Translations under genes and position numbers: made by a program
In this document: in pieces, positions 26,551 to 37,660 of the stretch
How positions within the stretch are numbered: position 1 is the stretch's first letter
Layout: every line of letters starts with the position of its first letter
The notes under the pieces: generated by a model
What the model saw: the letters and a program-made list of their open reading frames with translations, nothing else
Database searches by the model: none
Told to the model about the DNA's origin: nothing
DNA from: Macrostomum hystrix
Taxonomy: Eukaryota; Animalia; Platyhelminthes
Assembly (NCBI GenBank): GCA_950097015.1
Contig: CATNEN010000029.1
Location: 5,890,001-5,954,000 of the forward strand
Direction: 5' to 3'
Length of the DNA: 64,000 bases

Positions 26551-27793
26551 TAACAATATCATTATGACACTAATGACCCTAATTCCACTGTATAACACTT
26601 AGTCAATAGTTATAACTTATAAGGGGGAAAACAAGTAGAAAATGGTTTCTCAAAACATTGGCAGCCTAATATAAAGCACAATAAAAAGTTTATTAAACAA
26701 TAAAGATGTATCTATCAATCTGATACTCAACAAAATTAAATACAAAATACTTCTTAAAATATAGTATAAATTGGCATAACAATATATTGTAGATCTTATG
26801 TTTATAAAAGTTTATATAGGACATGTTTTCTTTTTTTGTTTAGTTGAAATAACCTTAAAATACTTAAATATATATAGTTTCCCAGATTTCAATCAGATTA
26901 TTAAAAAAAGTTATATATTTTTTCATTTTAGCTATGTCACAAATTTATATCTGGGCCTTTCATTTTATTTACTCATTTATATGGCATGGCTAGGCATATT
27001 AAATAGGTGGCTTCTCATAGTTATAAGTTATAGTTTTTAATATAGGTGAAAAATCTGCATATTGGAGTAGCTTATATTTGTTTATATTATATCATAATCC
27101 ATATTACCCCCTATACTTAATCTTTAAAAATTAACAAATAATCTTGCATGCTAGGTTGTTTACATTTATCAATCTATCTCTTTAATGGCTCAACTGATTT
27201 TCCTAAATCCCTTAACAAAAAATGCCACATTTGGCTGAAATAGTACACATATTTTCAATAACCTTAGCTTCATTGCTAATAGGATTAAGGCAACCCAGAG
27301 GGTGAACAAATCCCGAAATTGTTAGTTTTAGCTATAGCTAGCTTACCTGTAGATATGACCTCTACTAGTAGGTTATACAAAAATATATGTAACCATAGTG
27401 ACAAAATGATATAAGCCATATAACTACTAAGCTACTCCAGGCAATAAATGAAAAAATAAGGCCTAACTAGCTTAATATACTAGTCATACAATTCTAATGA
27501 GAATTAGCTACAAGTTATAATTATACTAAATGTTTTAATAAAAAGTAAGTGTAGGGCATATGCCTGTTTATTAGGTAGGCCCTATAGTTAGCTCGAAGTC
27601 TAAGGTTGTGAATCTAACTGATGCATTGTAGGATAAATATTAATTTCGAAAATAACAGTATAAAACTAGCAATTTAGGCCCCCATTTGAGGAGCAGAAAT
27701 ATTTTTAATTCATCCAGTATATACTTTTTAGCTTTTTTAAGCTACAATGATCCCCCAGGTAACAGGTAACAGGTAACACTTGGTAGGCCTACC

Positions 27794-28074
27794 CATACAT
27801 GTGCAACACCCGGTCGACCCGGCCGAACCGGCCGGGTGAAACGAGGGCCAAGCAAGGTAAGTCGCAAAAACCAATCGACCAAGTGCCAAAAAATCAAAGG
27901 GGGGACCAAGGGACAAAAAAGGAAGGCGTGAAGAAAAGGAAAAAGGGGAGAGAAAAAGAGAGCAAATGAGAGCAAACTAAGTCGTAAATAGAGCAATGAA
28001 ACGAACTAAGTCGCAAATGAGAGCAAAAACTAAGTCGCAAGGCCGGCTAAGATTTGGGAGGTTGCGCATGTATG
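27794..28074. mobile_element. hAT-type MITE, copy 1
   Basis: TIR CATACATGTGCAAC / GTTGCGCATGTATG; 8-bp TSD GGCCTACC (27786-27793, 28075-28082); near-identical to 29585-29871. Confidence 0.9.
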
Positions 28075-28294
28075 GGCCTACCTAAGATAGCCATGGCTAA
28101 CTTTGAAATATTAGGCCTAAAATCCTCTGTAAGCATTTACTATAACTTAAAAGTGCCCACTAAAGCTAAACGAGTTTTTTAGATTTAATAATAATAATAT
28201 TATTATTAATATATTTAGATTTAAAGATTTTTAGATTTAAAGATTAAATAAACATTTATTACTGTAGAATAAATACTTAAAAGTAAAATAATAA

Positions 28295-28355
28295 AAAAGT
28301 AAAAAAGTAAAGTAAAGTAAAGTAAAGTAAAGTAAAGTAAAAAAGTAAAGTAAAA
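28295..28355. repeat. (AAAGT)n microsatellite
   Basis: Pentanucleotide run. Confidence 0.9.
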
Positions 28356-29247
28356 ATTAATTATGGAAAACAGTTGAACAACCGTAAACATAAAAACGCA
28401 GAGATAAAACACGATAGTATTAGATATGATAACATGATGATAAAAATAATAATAACCAAAACACGACCTGCTGGTTTAAATCGACGCGATAAAACTGTCA
28501 ATGTTAAAATTTCATACATAGCGTAGACATTTAAAGCATAGTTTGATGAGCGCATTAGTTTAATGCTTTCTTTTTAATACTCTGGTTAGAGTAAAATTAC
28601 CGATTACTTCGTTTATATGCTTAAAGTAAGTTTCAAAAATTAAAAAAATTCTATAAAAACTTGCCTTTGGTAATTCAATCTCATTGTTACTTGTCTTATT
28701 ATCCAACTGCGTTAATCGAATGACTGCTTATCGTCTTTTAAAATAAAAAGTTAAATTAGCGGCAGAGCCTTTTATTAGGCTGAACCACGGGCAAATACTT
28801 GATACCAGTTGTTTTATCATTAACAGCAACAATGTCACTTGTCTTGTATCATAAAAAATTGAATCAGCATCCGAGGGCTTTATGCTTACCTGATACATTT
28901 ACTTGTTATCTAATCTGAACAGTTAAAGTTTTAAAGACTAAGGAAGGAGATTCTATCAAACATACTACTACGAAAAAATTACATTAGACCTATTTCATTA
29001 ATGCTTCCATGTCTGACAGGTCTAAAAATCTCATGTTAAAATAGCCACATAAAATAAACAGCTACAGTAATACACAATCATTTAATAATCTTAGCAATTC
29101 CTAGCAATAGGAGAGTAGTTTGGTAAAACATGAAGTGCTAGCTTAGTTTGTAACATCATCTAGAATTTCATTGATGTGTCCAAAACACTAACAGTGTTGT
29201 TCATATTCACACTTTTAAAACTCACATTTTAACTTTGCCATTTTAAT

Positions 29248-30128
29248 GGTTTCAGACCACTTTGGCGAAAGACCACATTGGCGAAAGACACTTCGGCAAA
29301 AGCCACTTTGGCAAAGCCACATTGGCGAAAGGTTTTTCTTTGCCTTAATGCTTGACCACTTTGGCACAGTCATTACTGTGGTTTTGTTTTACTTTAGGGC
29401 CTATATCCAATTAGGCAGTGCTTATCGCCACAGTACGGTAGGAATAAGACAAAAATTATTTTTACGGTACCGTGGGGATAAGCACTGCTATCCAATTAAC
29501 CATTTGAAATATTCAAGTCTCCTCAGTCTCCAAAACTGAGTCCGCCGAAATTACGTCCTCAATAACACATGACTGATTTGATGTCATACATGCGCAACAC
29601 CCGGCCGACCCGGCCAAACCGGCCGGGTGAAACGAGGGCCAAGCAAGGTAGGGGCCTAAGTCGCAAAAACCAATCGACCAAGCGCAAAAAAATCAAAGGG
29701 GGGACCAAGGGACAAAAAAGGAAGGCGTGAAGAAAAGGAAAAAGGGGAGAGAAAAAGAGCAAATGAGAGCAAACTAAGTCGTAAATAGAGCAATGAAACG
29801 AACTAAGTCGCAAATGAGAGCAAAAACTAAGTCGCACGGCCGGCTAAGATTTGGGAGGTTGCGCATGTATGTTTGATGTGTTATTAAGATACTAAATATT
29901 CTTGAAAGCCTAAGGGGCGGCTGGGTTGAGAGAAAAACATTAAATTTATTTATAATGTCTCAAATACAAATTAATCGAAAACAAATTATTTATTTGAATA
30001 TTTCAGAAGGTTAATTGTATATAAAGTAAAACAAAACTGCAGTAAAAGGCAAAGAAAAACCTTTCGCCAATGTGGCTTCGCCAAAGTGTCTTTCGCCAAT
30101 GTGGTCTTTTGCCAAAGTGGTCGGTACC
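29248..30128. mobile_element. MULE/MuDR-like non-autonomous element with long modular TIRs
   Basis: Arms built of GGCGAAAG.CCAC repeats in inverted orientation, GG...CC ends, 9-bp TSD CATTTTAAT (29239-29247, 30129-30137). Confidence 0.82.
29585..29871. mobile_element. hAT-type MITE, copy 2, nested in a MULE-like element
   Basis: TIR CATACATGCGCAAC / GTTGCGCATGTATG; 8-bp TSD TTTGATGT (29577-29584, 29872-29879). Confidence 0.9.
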
Positions 30129-30267
30129 CATTTTAATAATACTACTTTTGCTAGGTATAATTTCTGGAAATTCTCACATGTATCCAAATCTTTATGAAGC
30201 ATTTTTAGTCACACATTTAAACCTCTTAATTCAAAATTTCGCAACCTGGCTTATACCATTAGCAATA

Positions 30268-30898
30268 GGGTAATGTATCATCAACCAAACAAGAATGTGT
30301 ATTTTTTTAACTTCAAACCTAAGCTACAGATTTTCTATTTAAGATATGATGATAAATCAAAAGCCAAGTTATAGAAAACAGTTACATCTTTCTAAAAAGT
30401 ATCTGCTTTTGCTATTTTATCAAATAGAAAAAAGTTTTTCCTGCTTTTTATATAAAACCAAACAATGATTTTCATGTATCTTCAAACCAAACAGAGAATT
30501 TGATGTTTGGTTTTACAATTTGAGTGAGTGGTTTAATCTTATTTTAAGGAGTGAACTATCATGAATTATGTAACTTGAAAGCATTTTTCATGCTCTATAA
30601 AGAACTACATTTATGGTCATTTAATTGGCAAGCAACCACATACAATCTTCGTCTAAAGTACATACTGAAAAAAGTTGTTAAAAAGTATGCTTTTGCAATA
30701 AAAATTTCTACTGAAACATCAATATCTTTCTTTCCTCTTAATGCTTCATTGCACATCATGTTGATAATTTCTTCAACTTTCAAATTAGTTGTTTTGTGAA
30801 ACATGATAGCTTGTTTCTGTCTTGTATTAGACCAAGGAAGAGGTCAAAATTCTTGTTCGGTTTTGAAGATACACTGTTCGGTTGATGATACATTACCC
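30268..30898. mobile_element. TA-flanked MITE with GGG...CCC ends, copy 1 (superfamily unresolved)
   Basis: TIR GGGTAATGTATCATCAACC / GGTTGATGATACATTACCC; TA on both flanks; homologous along its length to 48849-49509. Confidence 0.88.
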
Positions 30899-31134
30899 TA
30901 TTTTTCTACAAAAAACAATATATTGTAACCAATTTTTAAGCATATAGAATTTGCAAGTGTTAAGAAAATATGCCAACTATAAGGCCCATGGGTGATCTTT
31001 TTGTTATAATTTTGAGCAATTGTTAATTGTATGGTATTGTTAGTACTTGACTTGTGTGTGTGTCTCTCATGTTATCTGAGTCATTTTGATTTGTAGTTGT
31101 TTTGTCATGTGACTGTTTTAATTGTGGCTGTTTA

Positions 31135-31300
31135 CAGACACATAGTGGATGCCTTCGAGAACAGAACTATCTGTCCAGATGATTTCATAGTTGGCTCTCA
31201 GCTGGTCAATTACAGGGGTCACTAGGTTGGCGCAAGCATTGGGCAGCATCTTTTGACTGGTAACCTTGCAAAAGCAGATCAGCTTGGTGACATTGGCAAG
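31135..31300 (-). pseudogene. Possible decayed non-LTR retrotransposon RNase H fragment
   Basis: A minus frame reads ..VIDQLRANYEIIWTDSSVLEG.., resembling the I(W/Y)TDGS start of RNase H; interrupted by stops. Single weak motif. Confidence 0.25.
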
Positions 31301-31710
31301 TCATAGGGTAGGGCCAGTCAACTGGGTGGCTCTAGGCAGGCTGTCCAGAGTGGTGGAGAAGTCCCCCGCCCAGCTGGGTGGCTGCCCTATGCTAGCAGTT
31401 GCAGATCCGGTGCAGGCACTAGGATTAGTGCCCACATTATCTCACAATGCACCACTCAATTCGGCACCATACCTGGCACCACAGAAGTTAGCTTATTAGA
31501 AATTTTATAAGGCAACAGAAAATCAATAAGCCTTATTATAATTGAAACTCAAAATGAAGTTGTTTCCATTGTCAATAATTGATGAAAAGAATACTATTAG
31601 TTATTCCAAAATTCTGTCAATAAAATTTTTATACATAATTTATGCACATCGAGTTGTGATAACAGACTTTTAATTGCGTTGTGTTTGTTGTCTTTCGCTT
31701 TACTTTCCAG

Positions 31711-33613
31711 CAGCACTCATTGTTCACAGACACTGCCGCCAGTCAGGCAGGCGAGCTGCCCGAGCCTCTGTCGGCAAGAATTGTTGACTCATTTGCTTAT
31801 CGCACAGTTCGCGATCGGCTCCCAGTAATCCTGTCCCGCGTGGCCGACTCCATGTGTCGCAGGAAGTCGGAATTCAATCCAGCCGATATGGACCGCGTTA
31901 AGTCTGTCCTCATTGGTGGAGTGTCGCGTCTGCGAAATGAACTGCAAACTGATAAGCGGCTGCTGCCGTTGACAGACAATGCACCGGACACGCCTGCTTG
32001 GAATGCCCGCCTGGCCGACCTAACCGAGTCTCTGGGCCGGCCGCCCAGCTGGTTCAGGGATCCCTGGCTCTATGTTGAATGCTACATGTACAGGCGATTG
32101 CTGGAGTTAGTAAACCTGTCCGGCCTAAGCAGCGTTGACCTATTTGGGCCGGAGAAACGGCAGAGCTTGGAAGGTTCGGCTGCCTTAGCGTCACGGGCAT
32201 CCGAAATCGCCTTGTCAGCCGACTTGGCTAGCGAGGCATCCGACGGAGCGGCTAGACTTCGCAGCCTGCTGCGGCTTTGCCTGAATGCCAATCTGGCTGA
32301 TCTGTCCCTGTCTGCCATGGCCGAGGCTCACAAGTTGGCTGTTAGTAGTGGCACATCTCCTAGCCTGACTGTGCTGCTGGATCACACCGATCAGTTTGTG
32401 GAGTGTCTCAAACGGCGTGGATCTCAAGCCAGTGTACATGTAAGATCTAAGAGGCGTTTTTATACTTTAAAATACGAGTACAGTACAGCATTTTTCAGTC
32501 TGTATTGGTAGTGAATGACAATGTTCTCATGCTATGGGGGGTCGGTGGCAGAGCGGTTAATGCGTTTGCCTCTCGCACCAAGGTCCTTGAGCTCGATTCT
32601 GCGGCGAGGCCACATTCAATTGGGGTGCAGCAGCGGAGAGAAGGCTTTGGGGCTTGTCGCGCAATTTACACCCTTGAGGGCCAACCTCCAAGGCACAGGG
32701 AATGCAAACTGCCTGACTATGAGAAAGTCAGGGCAGATGTACACCTGTGTGAGCGTGTGCCTGTGTACAGTATTTATGTGCGAATGTGCTTAGGAGTCAG
32801 CGAAATGGGCAGAATTGCCTCCTCGCTGGCTGCGGGTCTAGTGTTACCAATTGATGTGCCATTGCGCACAGCCCTCCTGCAATTATTATTATTATTGAAT
32901 TATTATTTTTTATTTATTATATTATCCTTTGTTGGTGGTGCATGACACAATGTTCTCAATCAGTATTAGTAGTACATTACGCGACAAAAATTTAAAGTCG
33001 ATTTCGCACCCCTTTGGCCCATCAGATAGTGCTAGACAATGTCGGTCCGGAGCTGATCTCGGACCTCTGCCTAGCCGAATGCCTTCTGCGGGGCGGTCAC
33101 GCCTCGTTTGTCCGGCTGCACACTAAAGTGGCGCCATGGTTCGTATCCGACGCCACCGAGCTGGACCTGGCGGCCACCCTCGATTGGCTGGCCTCTGGCG
33201 CCGCTGGCCAGTCGTCTGTTCGTTTGGCCGAATCTCTCCGATCTCGCCTAGCAACTGGACAGCTGTTCTCTGGCGCCGACACCTTCTGGACAACTTGGCT
33301 GGCGTTTCATGACATGCCGAGCTCGGCTCTGGGCTCGAGTCTCTATGCTCAGCTGAGTCAGGCGGACTGTGTAGTACTCAAAGGCGATTTGAACTATCGC
33401 AAAGCTGTGCGGGATCTAGCCTGGCCGCCAACCACTGCCCTAGCGGACGCTGTTGGCGCTTTTCGTCCGGCTCCGCTGCTGCTGATTCGCACTTTAAAGT
33501 CGGACGTTGTAGCAGGCCTAGCGCCCGGGCAAGCCGAGGCGGCTGCGGCCGATAACGCTGACTGGATGGTGGCGGGCCGCTGCGGCTTGCTGCAATTCCT
33601 GCCCGGCTGCTAA
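31711..33613 (+). CDS. ARMT1: ARMT1/DUF89-family damage-control phosphatase; exons 31711-32439 and 33026-33613; initiator ATG not in these exons
   Basis: Motifs SFAYRTVRDRLPVIL, LRNELQTDK, PWLYVECYMYRR, (H)|IVLDNVGPEL, PWFVSD, KGDLNYRK, RTLKSD match ARMT1. GT-AG phase-0 intron 32440-33025 joins VH|IVLDN. About 438 aa. Confidence 0.92.
32536..32895 (+). mobile_element. SINE family A, full length with (ATT)n tail, inside the ARMT1 intron
   Basis: GGGGGTCGGTGGCAGAGCGGTTAATGCG head, GAGCTCGATTC B-box-like motif, core, CAATTATTATTATT tail. Confidence 0.85.
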
Positions 33614-33699
33614 CTATTTTTATTGAGTGTTACAGTTTTGCAAGCCTCTATTGTCCAAGATTTTGCTATTGAACCTTATTGGTCCTCAGATTACTTTTT

Positions 33700-33902
33700 C
33701 AAATCTTTTTGGTCCTCAGATAGGGGTTTCAAGCCTCTATGGTCCTCAGATAGGGGTTTCAAGCCTCTATGGTCCTCAGATTGGGGTTTCAAGCCTCTAT
33801 GGTCCTCAAATTGGGGTTTCAAGCCTCTATGGTCCTCAGATTGGGGTTTCAAGCCTCTATGGTCCTCAGATTGGGGTTTCAAGCCTCTATGGTCCTCAGA
33901 TT
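33700..33902. repeat. 30-nt tandem repeat (TGGTCCTCAGATTGGGGTTTCAAGCCTCTA)n downstream of the ARMT1 stop
   Basis: About 6.5 copies. Confidence 0.95.
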
Positions 33903-34251
33903 GAGCTACTGTGAGATAGTTTGATCGCTGTCTAATCTTGTTATAAATCATATTTCTGATCACCTCATGAAAGTCATACTAACTTGCAATGTCATACCGC
34001 CGCAGAGTTTCCGGAAGTTATGTGCTTGAAACTCTGCAGACCGATTGTGCCTAAATTTTTCGTTTTCACCGGCCTGTCAGTCCTTGCTGAAGCTATGGCC
34101 TCATTGTCTTTAGAAATTAAAAACTGCCGTTAGTATTGAAATTCTTGCAATTTCTACTTGTAAACATTGTGTGCTTTATCTCATTTATATTCAGACGGAA
34201 AGCAAACAAGGTATTCTTCTGATTCATGACCTAAATATCAGCGATAGTCCA

Positions 34252-35046
34252 CAGAGAGAGTACAGGGAGGTGTTAGTGATGCTCCACAGAGTGAGTACAG
34301 GGAGGTGTTAGTGATGCTCCACAGAGTGAGTACAGGGAGGTGTTAGTGATGCTCCACAGAGTGAGTACAGGGAGGTGTTAGTGATGCTCCACAGAGTGAG
34401 TACAGGGAGGTGTTAGTGATGCTCCACAGAGTGAGTACAGGGAGGTGTTAGTGATGCTCCACAGAGTGAGTACAGGGAGGTGTTAGTGATGCTCCACAGA
34501 GTGAGTACACGGAGGTGTTAGTGATGCTCCACAGAGTGAGTACAGGGAGGTGTTAGTGATGCTCCACAGAGTGAGTACAGGGAGGTGTTAGTGATGCTCC
34601 ACAGAGTGAGTACAGGGAGGTGTTAGTAATGCTCCACAGAGTGAGTACAGGGAGGTGTTAGTGATGCTCCACAGAGTGAGTACACGGAGGTGTTAGTGAT
34701 GCTCCACAGAGTGAGTACAGGGAGGTGTTAGTGATGCTCCACAGAGTGAGTACAGGGAGGTGTTAGTGATGCTCCACAGAGTGAGTACACGGAGGTGTTA
34801 GTGATGCTCCACAGAGTGAGTACAGGGAGGTGTTAGTGATGCTCCACAGAGTGAGTACAGGGAGGTGTTAGTAATGCTCCACAGAGTGAGTACAGGGAGG
34901 TGTTAGTAATGCTCCACAGAGTGAGTACAGGGAGGTGTTAGTGATGCTCCACAGAGTGAGTACAGGGAGGTGTTAGTGATGCTCCACAGAGTGAGTACAG
35001 GGAGGTGTTAGTGATGCTCCACAGAGTGAGTACAGGGAGGTGTTAG
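34252..35046. repeat. 35-nt minisatellite (CCACAGAGTGAGTACAGGGAGGTGTTAGTGATGCT)n
   Basis: About 23 near-identical copies between ARMT1 and NIFK. Confidence 0.96.
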
Positions 35047-35190
35047 CGATGGTCCACTAAACCAAACTAAGTCGCTAGTTGTTTATTAAGCTCCTTCATG
35101 TTTAATTCCAGAAAAAGCAGACAAATTAAAAGGAGTGTTAGAAAAGAATCATCCTACTAAAATAGCTGCTTTATTTACGCATCTTCAGTG

Positions 35191-35838
35191 ATGCCGCCAG
35201 CTAAAGCAGCAAAGAGGCAGAAGCTAGCCTCAAAAGCCGACAAACCAAAGAAGGCGCCGCAGAAGAGAGCCCCAAAGCAGCAACAGCAGCAGGCAGAGCC
35301 AGCCAAGGAGGCGGCAACCCCAGCTGAGGCTGCTCCAGCCAAAGTCACGCCTGGCAAGCGCAAGTCGCGCACCCTGCCAATTAGGCCGGCCCGCCGAGGC
35401 GGTCACTGCGTCCTCTTGTCCCACCTGCCCGCAGGCCTGCGCGAGCCGCAGCTGCGCCGATTCATCAGCCAGTTCGGCCGGGTCAGCCGAATTCGAGTGC
35501 CGCGCGCCGCCGGCTGCAGCGATAGAGATAGCCTGGCCAAGGGCACCAAAGGCGTGGCATTCGTTGAAATGGCCGATCCGGCCGCAGCCAAGGTTGTGGC
35601 TGACACTCTGGACAATTATCTGATGTTCACGCGACTAATTCGCTGCAAAGTGCTGCAGGATCCGAAGCGGCTCACTTTTGCGCGCGACGGCAGAAGACAA
35701 ACGAAGGCGCAGCAGAAGGCCAAGGTTGCGAAGGTGTCGGACAGCGCCACCGCGGCGCGCAATCGCTCGCGCAGATTGAGTGCGAAAGTGAAGCGTTTGC
35801 AACAACTGGATCCCCAGTTTGAGTTTGCTCAGCAGTAG
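35191..35838 (+). CDS. NIFK: NIFK/Nop15-like nucleolar RRM protein, intronless
   Basis: K/A-rich N-terminus, then an RRM (VLLSHLP..LREPQLRRFISQFGRVSRIR...TKGVAFVEM) followed by the NIFK-typical AKVVADTLDNYLM..RLIRCKVL. ORF-track start 35188 is the G of the acceptor AG; ATG is at 35191. Confidence 0.85.
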   Translation: MPPAKAAKRQKLASKADKPKKAPQKRAPKQQQQQAEPAKEAATPAEAAPAKVTPGKRKSRTLPIRPARRGGHCVLLSHLPAGLREPQLRRFISQFGRVSRIRVPRAAGCSDRDSLAKGTKGVAFVEMADPAAAKVVADTLDNYLMFTRLIRCKVLQDPKRLTFARDGRRQTKAQQKAKVAKVSDSATAARNRSRRLSAKVKRLQQLDPQFEFAQQ

Positions 35839-35989
35839 CGAGTAACCAGAGACTGTTAGCTCTGTTTGCAAGGGCCTATAGGGAGCTTGTATGCAAATAT
35901 AAAAATAACCAAGGAAAAACTCTGCGCTAAGCTGCATTTCGTTCTGAATTGTTGCGTTTGATGTTCATTTTTATTTTTATATTGTTTAG

Positions 35990-35995
35990 AATAAA
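35990..35995 (+). terminator. Polyadenylation signal of NIFK
   Basis: AATAAA ~150 nt after the stop in a T-rich context, just before the 23-nt array. Confidence 0.6.
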
Positions 35996-36016
35996 ATATT
36001 TGTTTTTTTCAGAATG

Positions 36017-37582
36017 TCTACCTGAGAGTCAGTCTCCTCCCAACCTGAGAGTCAGTCTCCTCCCTACCTGAGAGTCAGTCTCCTCCCTACCTGAGAGTCA
36101 GTCTCCTCCCTATCTGAGAGTCAGTCTCCTCCCAACCTGAGAGTCAGTCTCCTCCCAACCTGAGAGTCAGTCTCCTCCCTACCTGAGAGTCAGTCTCCTC
36201 CCAACCTGAGAGTCAGTCTCCTCCCAACCTGAGAGTCAGTCTCCTCCCAACCTGAGAGTCAGTCTCCTCCCTGCCTGAGAGTCAGTCTCCTCCCTACCTG
36301 AGAGTCAGTCTCCTCCCAACCTGAGAGTCAGTCTCCTCCCTATCTAAGAGTCAGTCTCCTCCCTACCTGAGAGTCAGTCTCCTCCCTATCTAAGAGTCAG
36401 TCTCCTCCCAACCTGAGAGTCAGTCTCCTCCCAACCTGAGAGTCAGTCTCCTCCCAACCTGAGAGTCAGTCTCCTCCCAACCTGAGAGTCAGTCTCCTCC
36501 CTATCTGAGAGTCAGTCTCCTCCCTACCTGAGAGTCAGTCTCCTCCCTGCCTGAGAGTCAGTCTCCTCCCTACCTGAGAGTCAGTCTCCTCCCAACCTGA
36601 GAGTCAGTCTCCTCCCTACCTGAGAGTCAGTCTCCTCCCTACCTGAGAGTCAGTCTCCTCCCAACCTGAGAGTCAGTCTCCTCCCAACCTGAGAGTCAGT
36701 CTCCTCCCAACCTGAGAGTCAGTCTCCTCCCAACCTGAGAGTCAGTCTCCTCCCTACCTGAGAGTCAGTCTCCTCCCTGCCTGAGAGTCAGTCTCCTCCC
36801 TACCTGAGAGTCAGTCTCCTCCCAACCTGAGAGTCAGTCTCCTCCCAACCTGAGAGTCAGTCTCCTCCCTACCTGAGAGTCAGTCTCCTCCCAACCTGAG
36901 AGTCAGTCTCCTCCCAACCTGAGAGTCAGTCTCCTCCCTATCTGAGAGTCAGTCTCCTCCCAACCTGAGAGTCAGTCTCCTCCCTATCTGAGAGTCAGTC
37001 TCCTCCCTATCTGAGAGTCAGTCTCCTCCCAACCTGAGAGTCAGTCTCCTCCCTATCTGAGAGTCAGTCTCCTCCCTATCTGAGAGTCAGTCTCCTCCCA
37101 ACCTGAGAGTCAGTCTCCTCCCAACCTGAGAGTCAGTCTCCTCCCTATCTGAGAGTCAGTCTCCTCCCAACCTGAGAGTCAGTCTCCTCCCAACCTGAGA
37201 GTCAGTCTCCTCCCAACCTGAGAGTCAGTCTCCTCCCTATCTGAGAGTCAGTCTCCTCCCTATCTGAGAGTCAGTCTCCTCCCAACCTGAGAGTCAGTCT
37301 CCTCCCTATCTGAGAGTCAGTCTCCTCCCTATCTGAGAGTCAGTCTCCTCCCAACCTGAGAGTCAGTCTCCTCCCAACCTGAGAGTCAGTCTCCTCCCAA
37401 CCTGAGAGTCAGTCTCCTCCCTATCTGAGAGTCAGTCTCCTCCCTATCTGAGAGTCAGTCTCCTCCCAACCTGAGAGTCAGTCTCCTCCCAACCTGAGAG
37501 TCAGTCTCCTCCCAACCTGAGAGTCAGTCTCCTACCTATCTGAGAGTCAGTCTCCTCCCTATCTGAGAGTCAGTCTCCTCCC
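36017..37582. repeat. 23-nt minisatellite (CCTGAGAGTCAGTCTCCTCCCAA)n
   Basis: About 68 copies filling nearly all of the NIFK-SmG spacer. Confidence 0.96.
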
Positions 37583-37660
37583 TTCTCCTCTTAACTTTGT
37601 CGCGCATTACTAAACGCTAGCCCCCCAAACCTTTTAGCTTATTCAGCATCTGCCATTGTC

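Noticed and set aside
32536-32610. tRNA gene candidates (also ~9600-9670, ~19320-19386)
   Set aside because: Imperfect cloverleafs that continue into shared SINE bodies; these are SINE heads.
34252-37582. CRISPR-like appearance of regular arrays
   Set aside because: Units are head-to-tail without unique spacers; eukaryotic context; no cas genes.
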